Source of the DNA: a virus
Lineage: Duplodnaviria > Caudoviricetes
Strand: one strand, 5' to 3'
DNA length: 64,000 nucleotides
Virus record (IMG/VR): IMGVR_UViG_3300028888_000125
Coordinates: 5,567 to 69,566 of that record
Made by a program: the position numbers and the translations under genes. The notes under the pieces are model-generated. The model made no database searches. It was not told where the DNA came from and was given only the letters and a program-made list of their open reading frames with translations. Shown here piece by piece: positions 18,136 through 27,277 of this stretch. How positions within the stretch are numbered: position 1 is the stretch's first letter; each line of letters starts with the position of its first letter.

Positions 18136-19986
18136 TTAAACGCTTATTCCCGTCCTGGTAAGCTTCTGCAAGGATATCGCGAAAAAAAGCGTACTGGGCT
18201 CCAAGACAAAGAAGTCATTCTTGTTGAAGTCAACACGCTTTCCGCAATGATTGCAGTAGAGACCATACAGACCGCAGAATGTGGCACGGGTGGAATTCTG
18301 ATAGTTCGTCACGATGGAGGTGATGTTCGTGTTGTCACCATAGTCAAGATTCATGGCTTCTTCGATGGCGAGTGGATCTTCAATGTGACGAAGATCGTTT
18401 CCGTCCGCATCCAGCATGGTGATACGTTCAATCCAGGGAACATACATTTTGTAGACGTTCAACTGGATTTGCTTTGTCACTTCCGTGAACTCAATCTCAT
18501 TCCGGACCTTGTCATCATCACCGTGTTTCTCTTTAATTTTGAAGAGAACGTCACTTCCGTTGCAGATCGATGTAATCTTGCTCAGGAAGCGATGACCACA
18601 GCTCAGGTATTCATGCATGGTCGGAACACGGAGGCGAAAACGGTCGTTCTTGGACTGATAGACGACCGTCACCGGGCAGGCGATCATGTGGTGCTGGTAA
18701 TGGGCGATCTCTTCAGGTGAACGACGAGCACCCATGTTTCCTTCTTCAAGGAATTCCATCGGCGTTTGCTTTTCACCTTGAGCCAACGTATTCAAAAGAT
18801 CTCCATCCAGTTGGATAGCACTCGGCAGATCGGCGATGATTCGTTCCGTGTGATGGCACTTCGGACACGGAACTTCGATCTCCGTTCCTTTTGGATTGAC
18901 CATGACACAGGCATAGAGAGCCAGGAGCTCGTAATCATGATAGGAAACCAGACGGGGAAGCATGTCACGAGCGGTGCTCGGTCCAAGACCCGCCACATTA
19001 GAATCTACCAAATGGTCTGCAATCAGCTCCATTAAGGATTCACGGATGAGCATGTCGTGATAATGGAAAGAGAATCCACCCAAGACATGTCCATACTTGG
19101 CACGCTGTATATCCACGCTCTGGACAAAGCGACTCATATCCGACAAAGTCAGCGGCGTCAACGAAATCCAGAAACCGGAATTGTAGAGAGTGACTTTGTA
19201 GATACCGAGCTGACGAGCACGGACGGCAAGAAGTGCTTCAGCACCTCTCAGGACAGGCACGGAACCATCATCATTCCGTTTCATGTTGACGGCCACCTTG
19301 GTGGGACGTGTCTTCGGAGACTGATCGATAAACAGATGACCGTCGTCGACGCGCTGTTTGTAGGCGGCGGCGTTGTGAATCTGCTGTTGGTTGAAGTGAC
19401 CCCTGAGACTCATGTCGCGAGACATGGACATCCGATCGCTAAATCCAACCGGGGGATTGTCGCTTTTGTAGATGGGGTTATTCGATTCCTCTTCAGCGGC
19501 GCTATTATAGGCCTCAACAAACTCAGTGATGTTTTCCGCCAAATCCGTTACAACGTAAGAAATGTCAGAATTTGGGTCGACATCTCCTACAAATTTGTAA
19601 TTTTCCTTGTGCTTTTTTGGCTCTGTCGGGTTATCATCCGCATTGACGGTAATCGTCGTTTCTGGAAGAGGATCTGCTGGTGCAGGCTCTTCATGCTGAG
19701 GCGACGCGTGTACCGTCGCTGGTTCGATATTAGGCTGTGGCGGCTGGGCGAAAGATGTCGGTGCCACAGGATTCACTAGAGGCTTGTCTACATCGTCTTT
19801 GTTCCGCGCTTCGTCAAGTTTCTTCTGCCAGTCTTCTTCTGACATTGGGTTTGCTTCTGCTCCTGGTTCAATAACAATCTCTTTCCGCATAGGTGCGGCT
19901 TCTTCGGGGGACACCAACGGTGTCTGGGCCACGCCAACCATCTCCTGCTGAAGCGGTTGTCTCACGACAGGTTGATTTTCTGACAT
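18136..19986 (-). CDS. Baseplate-hub/tail assembly chaperone-like protein with two CxxC motifs
   Basis: 616 aa with low-complexity N-terminus, CPKC and CNHC. Slippery U UUU UUC near the 3' end. Confidence 0.55.
   Translation of the reverse strand: MSENQPVVRQPLQQEMVGVAQTPLVSPEEAAPMRKEIVIEPGAEANPMSEEDWQKKLDEARNKDDVDKPLVNPVAPTSFAQPPQPNIEPATVHASPQHEEPAPADPLPETTITVNADDNPTEPKKHKENYKFVGDVDPNSDISYVVTDLAENITEFVEAYNSAAEEESNNPIYKSDNPPVGFSDRMSMSRDMSLRGHFNQQQIHNAAAYKQRVDDGHLFIDQSPKTRPTKVAVNMKRNDDGSVPVLRGAEALLAVRARQLGIYKVTLYNSGFWISLTPLTLSDMSRFVQSVDIQRAKYGHVLGGFSFHYHDMLIRESLMELIADHLVDSNVAGLGPSTARDMLPRLVSYHDYELLALYACVMVNPKGTEIEVPCPKCHHTERIIADLPSAIQLDGDLLNTLAQGEKQTPMEFLEEGNMGARRSPEEIAHYQHHMIACPVTVVYQSKNDRFRLRVPTMHEYLSCGHRFLSKITSICNGSDVLFKIKEKHGDDDKVRNEIEFTEVTKQIQLNVYKMYVPWIERITMLDADGNDLRHIEDPLAIEEAMNLDYGDNTNITSIVTNYQNSTRATFCGLYGLYCNHCGKRVDFNKNDFFVLEPSTLFFAISLQKLTRTGISV
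18181..18187 (-). promoter_or_regulatory. Putative -1 programmed ribosomal frameshift site (U UUU UUC)
   Basis: In-frame X XXY YYZ heptamer at codons 600-602. The -1 frame continues open into ORF 17726-18091. Confidence 0.6.
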
Positions 19987-20059
19987 TGGGTTTTCCTCTT
20001 TGTTTTAACATGCATACGCAAGTGCGTATACGATAGTTTCAATTTGTCCGTGGATAATT

Positions 20060-20632
20060 TTACTTACGAGTCGGGGGCGTTGAAATCGTCCCCGTTCCAT
20101 CAGGGTCGGTAAGAATGTCGATCTTGTCGCAGCGCTGCACCAGTCTCTCCAAAAGTCGTCGATTCTCCTCAGGAACTTTCTTTGGATCAAGACCGAGCGA
20201 CGTCTGTTCAAAGTAACCTGGTTTGTATCCGACACCCGTTATCAGGTAAGCGGCACCTGATCTGTAGAAGAGCGTATTCTTAAATGCCTCCTCCGAATAG
20301 GCATAAACGGAATGGGTAAACAGGAAAATCTTCCCCAGCCCGGGTACAGTCACGACTTGGGCCAGTGCTCCAGTCTCATTCCAGGTCTTCAAGGCATATG
20401 CTTGATCCTGTGGATTCAGGGATTGAAGACGACAGACCAACGGCGCTCCCGATCCTCTTTCTACAAAGAGGACATCGTTGAAATCAAACTTGTCCAATGT
20501 AGCATTGAAATCATGCACCTGGCCATTGATCGGTCGAGTGTTGACAATCTTGATGTTCAAGTTGTAGTCAAGAGCTCGAGCCATTCCAATCATAAAGACA
20601 AACAAGACGACGAGACGAATAACGGTTTTCAT
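20060..20632 (-). CDS. Exported protein with N-terminal signal peptide
   Basis: MKTVIRLVVLFVFMIGMARA|LDY shows n-region, h-region and AxA site. SD AGAAGGA. Confidence 0.6.
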   Translation of the reverse strand: MKTVIRLVVLFVFMIGMARALDYNLNIKIVNTRPINGQVHDFNATLDKFDFNDVLFVERGSGAPLVCRLQSLNPQDQAYALKTWNETGALAQVVTVPGLGKIFLFTHSVYAYSEEAFKNTLFYRSGAAYLITGVGYKPGYFEQTSLGLDPKKVPEENRRLLERLVQRCDKIDILTDPDGTGTISTPPTRK

Positions 20633-20656
20633 GGTTTGGTTCCTTCTGTGTGGGGT

Positions 20657-21460
20657 TTATAACTGCTCGGCCGGGGGAATCCTGGTCGAGACGATTCGGC
20701 GATTAATCCAATACGACGACACACGGACAAAATCGTCACTATAAATGACGACGAAATTGGTCGAGCCTTTCTCCATCTCCCAGAGACAGTAGAAACGGGA
20801 GGAATTGTTCTTCTGCTTCAGGTACTCGCCCCAGGCAATCGTTGTGATTCCTGAAATCATCTGGATAAAGTAACGATACTCCTTGCACTTCTTGTCATCT
20901 GAGATTTGAAGATACTGGCTGTGAAGAGACGGGTCTGTCCCTGGAGAGATCTCTGTCAGAGTCATACGAGGGACACCTGCGTGAATGTAGTCCTCAATGA
21001 TTCGCCAGTAGTGTTCAAAGTCTTCTGAAAACTGATGACCAATCAACGTGTCTTCTGTCTTCATGCAACCGAAGCTGTCTGTCATTTCGCAACGAGCCAT
21101 CAGAGCTCCATCTTCTCGTCTGAGAATAATAGGCAATTCGTCTTTCTTCGTTTTCTCAAACTTGTTTAGGACAACAAGGAACTGACGAATGTCAATCCAC
21201 GAGCTCTTTAGAAACATCTCAGGGAAGTACTGGACGAGCTCGTTGGCGAAGTCCCCATCCTGGATAGTTACCTCGTGAACATGTTGACTGGCGACGGGCT
21301 GGAAGATGTAGACTTGGGTCTCTTCAATGTCCGTAAATTCGACAAGGCCTACCTTTTCTGGATAACGCGTGCACAGAGTCGGCATCTTCCGTGCGAACAG
21401 GGTCGAAAGAAGTTTGCGGAGCTTCTTTTTAAATTGGACAATAGGGTTTTGTGCTGGCAT
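20657..21460 (-). CDS. Hypothetical protein
   Basis: ATG 21460 preceded by CAGGAG; 267 aa. Confidence 0.6.
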   Translation of the reverse strand: MPAQNPIVQFKKKLRKLLSTLFARKMPTLCTRYPEKVGLVEFTDIEETQVYIFQPVASQHVHEVTIQDGDFANELVQYFPEMFLKSSWIDIRQFLVVLNKFEKTKKDELPIILRREDGALMARCEMTDSFGCMKTEDTLIGHQFSEDFEHYWRIIEDYIHAGVPRMTLTEISPGTDPSLHSQYLQISDDKKCKEYRYFIQMISGITTIAWGEYLKQKNNSSRFYCLWEMEKGSTNFVVIYSDDFVRVSSYWINRRIVSTRIPPAEQL

Positions 21461-21660
21461 GGTGATTTTCTCCTGGTAAAATGAAATAGGATGCATTTAG
21501 TGATGGGCAACCGTATTTTTTCACTTTCCAGAACTAAGAGAAAGTAACAAAGAGAATCTAAAGATCTCAATAATACATCTCCAGTTAAAATAAAGGGATT
21601 ACAGTCTTCGACTGTAATCCTAGTAAATACATTCAATACTTGACAGAATAGATGTTATCA

Positions 21661-21694
21661 CATTTTGAATAGAACTAACGTTCTATTCAAAATG
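21661..21694. repeat. Perfect 15-bp inverted repeat in an AT-rich intergenic region
   Basis: CATTTTGAATAGAAC-TAAC-GTTCTATTCAAAATG. Confidence 0.85.
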
Positions 21695-21811
21695 GAATAG
21701 TAACACTGTGTTACAATATACTTTGTATATCAAAGATAATATTGCACGCGCGCGTACATGCGCGCGATATAATGATAGCATTGTAAAACGCTACCGCCTG
21801 AGCAAACAACC

Positions 21812-22022
21812 TACCAGACCCAACTAGCGTTGGGTCTGGTATTTGTCAAGGATAAAGAGCCCTTTCCTCCTCCCTGTAAGGAGTCGGAAAGACTCTGTCT
21901 CCCTTTACACCCCGAGACCTGCCGGTCCCAGGGTGTGTTTCAATGGACGTGGTCCTATTTTCTTTGTCAAATATTGAAGAAAAGAACTAGCAGACGGAGT
22001 CTGCCATTTTCGGCAGGTCTCG
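21812..22022. ncRNA. Putative multi-stem structured RNA or 3' UTR element
   Basis: 13-bp hairpin 21812-21841; long hairpin ~21857-21895 with G-U pairs on the minus strand; perfect 12-bp long-range helix 21913-21924/22011-22022 enclosing further hairpins. Confidence 0.4.
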
Positions 22023-22030
22023 CGACAATA

Positions 22031-22573
22031 CTAGAGTTGCTTGAAGAAATCTGCTGGGAGCAAGGCGCCGTAGCGATTCTCTATGGCATCCACGTTTTCC
22101 TTGAAGAGAGGCATATACTTCGCCTTCAGGTTTTCGAGAGCGGAGAAATACGCGTTGCGAGTGGTAATGACCTCCTTGAAGGCGTCGGCGTCTTTCGTCT
22201 TCGCCTTGGCGGCGACGAGGGTGACGACGTCGTTTGTAAAGGCGTCTACAGGTTTTTCGCTATTGCCACCGTAGTAGGCGGAAAGGCCTTCGAGGGTGGC
22301 TTCAAATTCGGCGGAGGAGAAATCACCATTCTTGATGGCGGCTTCGAGGATCTTCGTGCAGGTGTCCATGCAGGCCTGCTGATTGGCCTCATTGGCTTCC
22401 GTGGAGATGGAGTCGTGGGCCTTGCAGTAGTCGACGTAACGTCTCAGGAAGGCGTCAAAGCAGGCAGAACGAATCTGGATGTCGAGAGCGGCGGTGAGAC
22501 CTCCTTCCGGAACGGAGTCTGGGAAGATGACCGTGTCTTTGGAGGCATAAGCGAACGGAACGGATGTTGCCAT
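22031..22573 (-). CDS. Hypothetical helical protein with highly-expressed-type codon bias
   Basis: ATG 22573 after AAAGGAG; 180 aa; C-ending codons dominate. Confidence 0.7.
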   Translation of the reverse strand: MATSVPFAYASKDTVIFPDSVPEGGLTAALDIQIRSACFDAFLRRYVDYCKAHDSISTEANEANQQACMDTCTKILEAAIKNGDFSSAEFEATLEGLSAYYGGNSEKPVDAFTNDVVTLVAAKAKTKDADAFKEVITTRNAYFSALENLKAKYMPLFKENVDAIENRYGALLPADFFKQL

Positions 22574-22711
22574 GGGGAGCTCCTTTAAAAGGTTAAAATG
22601 AACGTTATAATCCGATCTACAGGACCGGAGCCTAGGCATATCATGATTTTTAAAAAGTACGGCAACTCGTCATTTGGTGCATGGCTCAGCCAAACAAAAA
22701 GGAGAAATCAC

Positions 22712-24796
22712 ATGGAAAACACACACCAAACGAGACCACATCTCATGCAGTCGTACCTGCAGAATATGGTCGCCTACTTGCATGGGGTAACACGAGACGA
22801 TCCGGCGGAGATCGAACAGTTCGTCAAGGGCATGATGAAATCCTGTGTCCAGGACCATGAAGTCTACATGCTGAACAAGACGAAGACGGGAGACTTTGAA
22901 TCCCAGAAGACCACCCTGTTGAACTTCTGCAATTCGACGAGCGATCTGATCGTGACACCGAGTGGAAGCGCTTTCTACCCTGACAACATGAAACAGAGCC
23001 GAGTATCGGCCATGGTGACAGAGGAGAAGGCGAAACGGAAGAAAGTCAAGAAGCAGCAGTTACGAGCGGAGGCGGATGGAGACGAGGGTGGAGCGAACTT
23101 CTTCAAGAACCAACAGACGTCCATCAAGATCAATCTGAACTCTCTTCCTGGCGGATACGCCTCATCGAGAAATATCTTCTACGACAAAGGCTGCTACAAC
23201 GCTATTACGAGTTCAGCACGATGCATGATTACTCGTGCCTACACAGTGGCGGAGCAGTTGCTAGGGGGAAACTTTCCGTTCTTCGACGTGACGACGGTGC
23301 TGAATCATATCGTTATCCACTTGAAAGGGAAGCCAAGTGATGAGGCGATTCAAGCGGCCATTACGAGATGGAACCTGAAGATACCGACCGTAGACGAGCT
23401 TTTGGACTTCTACACAAAGACGGTGAAACAATACAAGAGCTCGGCGGACATGACACCTGTACGAGAGTACATCTTCAATTTGAGTCCGTCGGAGATTGCG
23501 TACCTCTACTATTTCTGCAATCTGCGTCATCTCTTCTGGGAGAATGAGTCGACGTTCAAGCCATACTTGGAAGGACTGTTTTTGTTACCATGGGATTTGG
23601 AGATTCCACAGGATGCGACGGTGGACGATGTCTACAAATTCGATGACACGGTACTGGCGGTTGTGGGTGTGGCGTTTATTGACGATTTGAATGGTCACAG
23701 CATTGATGTCATTACCAGAGAACACAAGGAGATGATTCCGAAGCTGGTGGCTATCCTGAAATTGATGAGTGATCGTTTGTCGGCTCTACAGGAGCTGGTG
23801 ACGTTGTTTGTTGACACGGATGTGGATGTGCCTGATGCGACAAAGCTACCTGCCATGTTTCGGTCGACCGTTATCATATCAGACACTGACAGTGTCATTT
23901 TCACAGCGGAGGCATGGCACCAGTGGTACAATGACAACGCGTATGCCTTGTCCACACGAAGTTACCAGATTACCAGTCTGGTCATCTACTGGTTACATCA
24001 TGCGGTCCGACACGCATTGCTCGTCTTCAGTCGCAAGTTCAACGTGAGTCCTGCTCGTGAACGGGTCTTGGCAATGAAGAACGAGTTCCTGTATTCCATC
24101 TCTATGCTCTTCGATATCAAGAAGACCTATGCCAGTCTGGAGATTGTCCAAGAGGGCGTGTATCTCCAGAAGCCGAAGCCTGATATCAAAGGACAGCAGT
24201 TGCGAGGGAGTATTCTATGCAAAGAGAGCTTGGACTTTGCAGAGGAATTTCTCGTCAAACGGATCTTGGAGCCTGCAACGAAAGGACAGTTGTCTGCGAG
24301 GGATCTCGTGGAAGCGGCTGTCCAGCAGGAGCACATCATTCGGGATTCTATTTTGGCAGGTGAGTCGAAGTTCCTTGGGATTACGAGCCTGAAGTTCGAA
24401 TACGAGTATTCCAATCCTGATACACAGAGCCAGGTTCGGGCGCATCGGTGCTGGAAGCAGGTATTCGAGAAGAAGTATGGTGAGATACGACCGCCTTGTA
24501 AGGTGACGGAATTCCCGATCATTGCACCAACACCGTTGTATTTCGCGAATCTACGAAAGATGGATCCAGAAATCTACGAACGGTTCAAAGGGTGGTATGA
24601 TTCACTCTCATCCATTCCCGCCAAGCTGATTACAAATCCTACACTGGAACACATTCCAGAAGAATTGGTTCCGCTGATCAACATTCGTGAAGTCGTCTAC
24701 ACGAATATGAAACCTGTGTATCTGGCCTTGTCGAGAATTAACATTTCTCCTGGGCCTGATGACCAGAAGATGCTCTTTATGGATTACGCTGGATAA
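22712..24796 (+). CDS. Family B DNA polymerase, phiKZ gp50-like polymerase domain
   Basis: ATG 22712 after AGGAG. Motifs IVTPSG, Q.SIKINLNSLPG, YNAITSSAR and ISDTDS. Confidence 0.85.
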   Translation: MENTHQTRPHLMQSYLQNMVAYLHGVTRDDPAEIEQFVKGMMKSCVQDHEVYMLNKTKTGDFESQKTTLLNFCNSTSDLIVTPSGSAFYPDNMKQSRVSAMVTEEKAKRKKVKKQQLRAEADGDEGGANFFKNQQTSIKINLNSLPGGYASSRNIFYDKGCYNAITSSARCMITRAYTVAEQLLGGNFPFFDVTTVLNHIVIHLKGKPSDEAIQAAITRWNLKIPTVDELLDFYTKTVKQYKSSADMTPVREYIFNLSPSEIAYLYYFCNLRHLFWENESTFKPYLEGLFLLPWDLEIPQDATVDDVYKFDDTVLAVVGVAFIDDLNGHSIDVITREHKEMIPKLVAILKLMSDRLSALQELVTLFVDTDVDVPDATKLPAMFRSTVIISDTDSVIFTAEAWHQWYNDNAYALSTRSYQITSLVIYWLHHAVRHALLVFSRKFNVSPARERVLAMKNEFLYSISMLFDIKKTYASLEIVQEGVYLQKPKPDIKGQQLRGSILCKESLDFAEEFLVKRILEPATKGQLSARDLVEAAVQQEHIIRDSILAGESKFLGITSLKFEYEYSNPDTQSQVRAHRCWKQVFEKKYGEIRPPCKVTEFPIIAPTPLYFANLRKMDPEIYERFKGWYDSLSSIPAKLITNPTLEHIPEELVPLINIREVVYTNMKPVYLALSRINISPGPDDQKMLFMDYAG

Positions 24797-24810
24797 TAAA
24801 TTGAAAAAAA

Positions 24811-24843
24811 GACACGCCGTAGGCATCAAGCCTACGGCGTGTC
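24811..24843 (+). terminator. Intrinsic terminator after the DNA polymerase
   Basis: 14-bp perfect stem with ATCAA loop. Confidence 0.75.
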
Positions 24844-24863
24844 GATATAGGTTTTTGACCTCA

Positions 24864-24881
24864 TATATTACTACGGTGTAA
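24864..24881 (+). promoter_or_regulatory. phiKZ-type early promoter motif
   Basis: TATATTAC-TACG-GTGTAA upstream of ORF 24944. TATATTAC is the phiKZ early promoter consensus. Confidence 0.55.
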
Positions 24882-24943
24882 TAGGTTAAATGAGTGTTTA
24901 ACCGAATGTACAGAAACTCCAAAGTGCACAAAGGAGAACAAAC

Positions 24944-25342
24944 ATGAGTGAAGCATCTGCTACACAAAAAACCGAGACGGCTCCGGTTCCCGTCGATCCG
25001 AAAGTTGCCCTTGATCAGGGTAACAAACTGTTTGATGAGATCAACCGCAAACTTGCAAACGATCTTTCCACTGGAAAGTCTCGTAACATTGGCACTTATG
25101 GTCTCATACCGATTCACGGTATGATGTCGATGGGCGCTGATCAGAAAGACGCTGAAAAATTCAGTGATGAACATGACGCCGCCCGCGAAGGCACGATCTA
25201 CGCATTTGGTCGTGTCAACATGACTTCCGAAGAGCGGAAGGAAGTGGTTGATTTCCTGGCAACACAGGAATTGATCAACATCCGTCTCTATGGGGTCGCG
25301 TGTGCGATTCAATTTAACAAAGAGGAGGAAAACGAAAAATGA
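24944..25342 (+). CDS. Hypothetical protein
   Basis: 132 aa, SD AAGGAG. Confidence 0.65.
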   Translation: MSEASATQKTETAPVPVDPKVALDQGNKLFDEINRKLANDLSTGKSRNIGTYGLIPIHGMMSMGADQKDAEKFSDEHDAAREGTIYAFGRVNMTSEERKEVVDFLATQELINIRLYGVACAIQFNKEEENEK

Positions 25343-25950
25343 GTGAACTGTTATTTAATGCATATCGCAACCAGGTTGCTGAGCAGCTTAAAATCGCAAC
25401 CGCCGGGGGTTTCGATTATGATACCCTCAAGAAATTCATTCCTGCGCCGATTGATGGAGCCGACGCCTTCAACACCGATCTTGGAATCTATAGTGATTCC
25501 TTGAAGACGACTGTTGAAGTTGCGAATCGCGTCTTGGCAACAGCGCCCGATGACAAATCCCGGGAAGAATTCAAGACCAATTTCCTCAGCGGAATGGTCG
25601 AATTGAAAGTTCTCGCCGAGAAGATCACGATTGCCGACGGTTTCGCCGCCAAGTACGACGCGATGGCGACGTTCGAGAAGTTCAAAGAGAATCTTGCGGA
25701 ATGCCGTCAGCGTTATGCCCATAAGGACAATGGAGTCTACATTTCCAACGTCCTACCGCCGCCTGCGGGTAAGACCAAGGACGGTGACGGCGGGAAGAAA
25801 CAATACGTGAAAGAGGTCATCGCCGGCGTAGCGATTGGCGTCTTGACGTTTGTCGGGATCGTCCTGATCTCTGTGTTCCTTCCAACCGCCGAAATCATGG
25901 CCATCGCCAATGCGGCATCTTCCGCTGGTCTTGGACTGATGTTCGTCTAG
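25339..25950 (+). CDS. Membrane-anchored protein with C-terminal transmembrane helix/helices
   Basis: 203 aa ending VIAGVAIGVLTFVGIVLISVFL...AGLGLMFV. Confidence 0.65.
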   Translation: MSELLFNAYRNQVAEQLKIATAGGFDYDTLKKFIPAPIDGADAFNTDLGIYSDSLKTTVEVANRVLATAPDDKSREEFKTNFLSGMVELKVLAEKITIADGFAAKYDAMATFEKFKENLAECRQRYAHKDNGVYISNVLPPPAGKTKDGDGGKKQYVKEVIAGVAIGVLTFVGIVLISVFLPTAEIMAIANAASSAGLGLMFV

Positions 25951-25973
25951 TCTGAACGCATACGCCGCTCATA

Positions 25974-26002
25974 GAGGAGGGAGCTTATTCAGCTCCCTCC
26001 TC
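25974..26002. terminator. Terminator between convergent genes
   Basis: 12-bp stem GAGGAGGGAGCT/AGCTCCCTCCTC followed by a T tract. Confidence 0.75.
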
Positions 26003-26038
26003 ATTTTCTTTTTGTTCTACGTCAGAAAGACGAGATGA

Positions 26039-26542
26039 TTAATGACTACAAAGTTGTCGACCCATGGAATTTGCGGCTTTATCGACGACGTGGTTACCGA
26101 GTGCGTCTGTCGAAATCTTTCCTGTATGCGCTTTCTGATGGACAATGGAAATTTTGCCACCAGGCTCCTGAAGTTTCAGGGCAATGTCTTCCAGAATATC
26201 CGCGTTCGGGATGTTGCGAGTGGGGTCACGAAACGCTCCTTGTGCAAGCAATTGCGTGGCGCGCTTTTCTACACTTCCGATGGCGTAGTTACTGTCCATG
26301 ACGATTTCTACGTTTTTGTCAGGGAAGCACTGCTTTGCGATGGCGACCGCATGGTAAGCGGCCGTCAGTTCTGCTCGGTTGTTGGAAGAAAAGTTGTCGT
26401 TCCCCTTGATAAGTGTTGGAAAGTGAACATGGTCGTCTACAAAGACGGCCCAGCCTCCTACTTTGTCTTGAGGAAAGAAAGATCCGTCAGTGTAGATACG
26501 AACAGGTTGTTCTTCGGTTGTTTTCTTTTTGGGCATCATCAA
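26039..26542 (-). CDS. rnhA: Ribonuclease HI
   Basis: IYTDGS, NNRAEL, IVMDSNYA, NADILE, KAHTG and GNHVVD match the RNase HI catalytic motifs. Confidence 0.92.
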   Translation of the reverse strand: MMMPKKKTTEEQPVRIYTDGSFFPQDKVGGWAVFVDDHVHFPTLIKGNDNFSSNNRAELTAAYHAVAIAKQCFPDKNVEIVMDSNYAIGSVEKRATQLLAQGAFRDPTRNIPNADILEDIALKLQEPGGKISIVHQKAHTGKISTDALGNHVVDKAANSMGRQLCSH

Positions 26543-26627
26543 AATCCTTTTTACATATGGGTTATCTGTATCTGTACATGCGATGATAAATGCTCGTAAA
26601 ATATGATTACCAAGACAACGTAAGGTA

Positions 26628-26645
26628 GATATTACACTTGTGATA
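26628..26645 (+). promoter_or_regulatory. Early promoter-like motif
   Basis: GATATTAC-ACTT-GTGATA upstream of ORF 26689. Confidence 0.45.
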
Positions 26646-26688
26646 TGACTGTGTTATTCAATTAGACATTAAAAAGGAGAAAACGATT

Positions 26689-27258
26689 ATGAACTTTATG
26701 AGTGCCGCCATGTTGCAAGCTATGGATGTTATGGAATATCCATTGAACAGTGTGAAATTGCAGGAATACTTCTTTCGCAATCCTGGAATACTGGAGTCGT
26801 TTAAGTATCCCTACCAGGTCATGATTAAGCATTTGCTTGATCCGTCGAAACTGGTATCCGTTGGTGTACAAGTTAAATTCGTTCAACCGGATACATCAGG
26901 GTTTGTGGTCATATATCACGAACCAGATTTTTTGAATCGTCCAGAGGCTACCATTTGGTTTGAAGAACGAACGATTGGATTTTTACGTCATCTGGGCGTA
27001 CTGGGTGTTCATTTGTACTGGAAGAAGGATCATTCCTTTCGTTTTGTTATTGAATTTGATAATGTATTTGCATACTGTGTAACACCAACTACCTTCATAG
27101 AAACTGAGGAATGCACGTTACGTGTCATTGGCCACAGACAGATGTACACATGGCATTCACTTGTAGTTAAGATCAATGGTGATGAGGTTATCTATTCATT
27201 GAAAGAACCTGATGGTAAGATAGATGTTCCACACTTGATAAGCAGAGGAAACGTTTAA
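26689..27258 (+). CDS. Hypothetical protein (motif-sharing cluster member 1)
   Basis: 189 aa, SD AAGGAG; FVVIYHEPDFL. Confidence 0.65.
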   Translation: MNFMSAAMLQAMDVMEYPLNSVKLQEYFFRNPGILESFKYPYQVMIKHLLDPSKLVSVGVQVKFVQPDTSGFVVIYHEPDFLNRPEATIWFEERTIGFLRHLGVLGVHLYWKKDHSFRFVIEFDNVFAYCVTPTTFIETEECTLRVIGHRQMYTWHSLVVKINGDEVIYSLKEPDGKIDVPHLISRGNV

Positions 27259-27277
27259 ACAAAAAGGAGACATTAAA

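Noticed and set aside
21919-21935. GCCGGTCCCA resembling the twister ribozyme L4/P4 motif
   Set aside because: The closing P4 strand and pseudoknot partners were not found.
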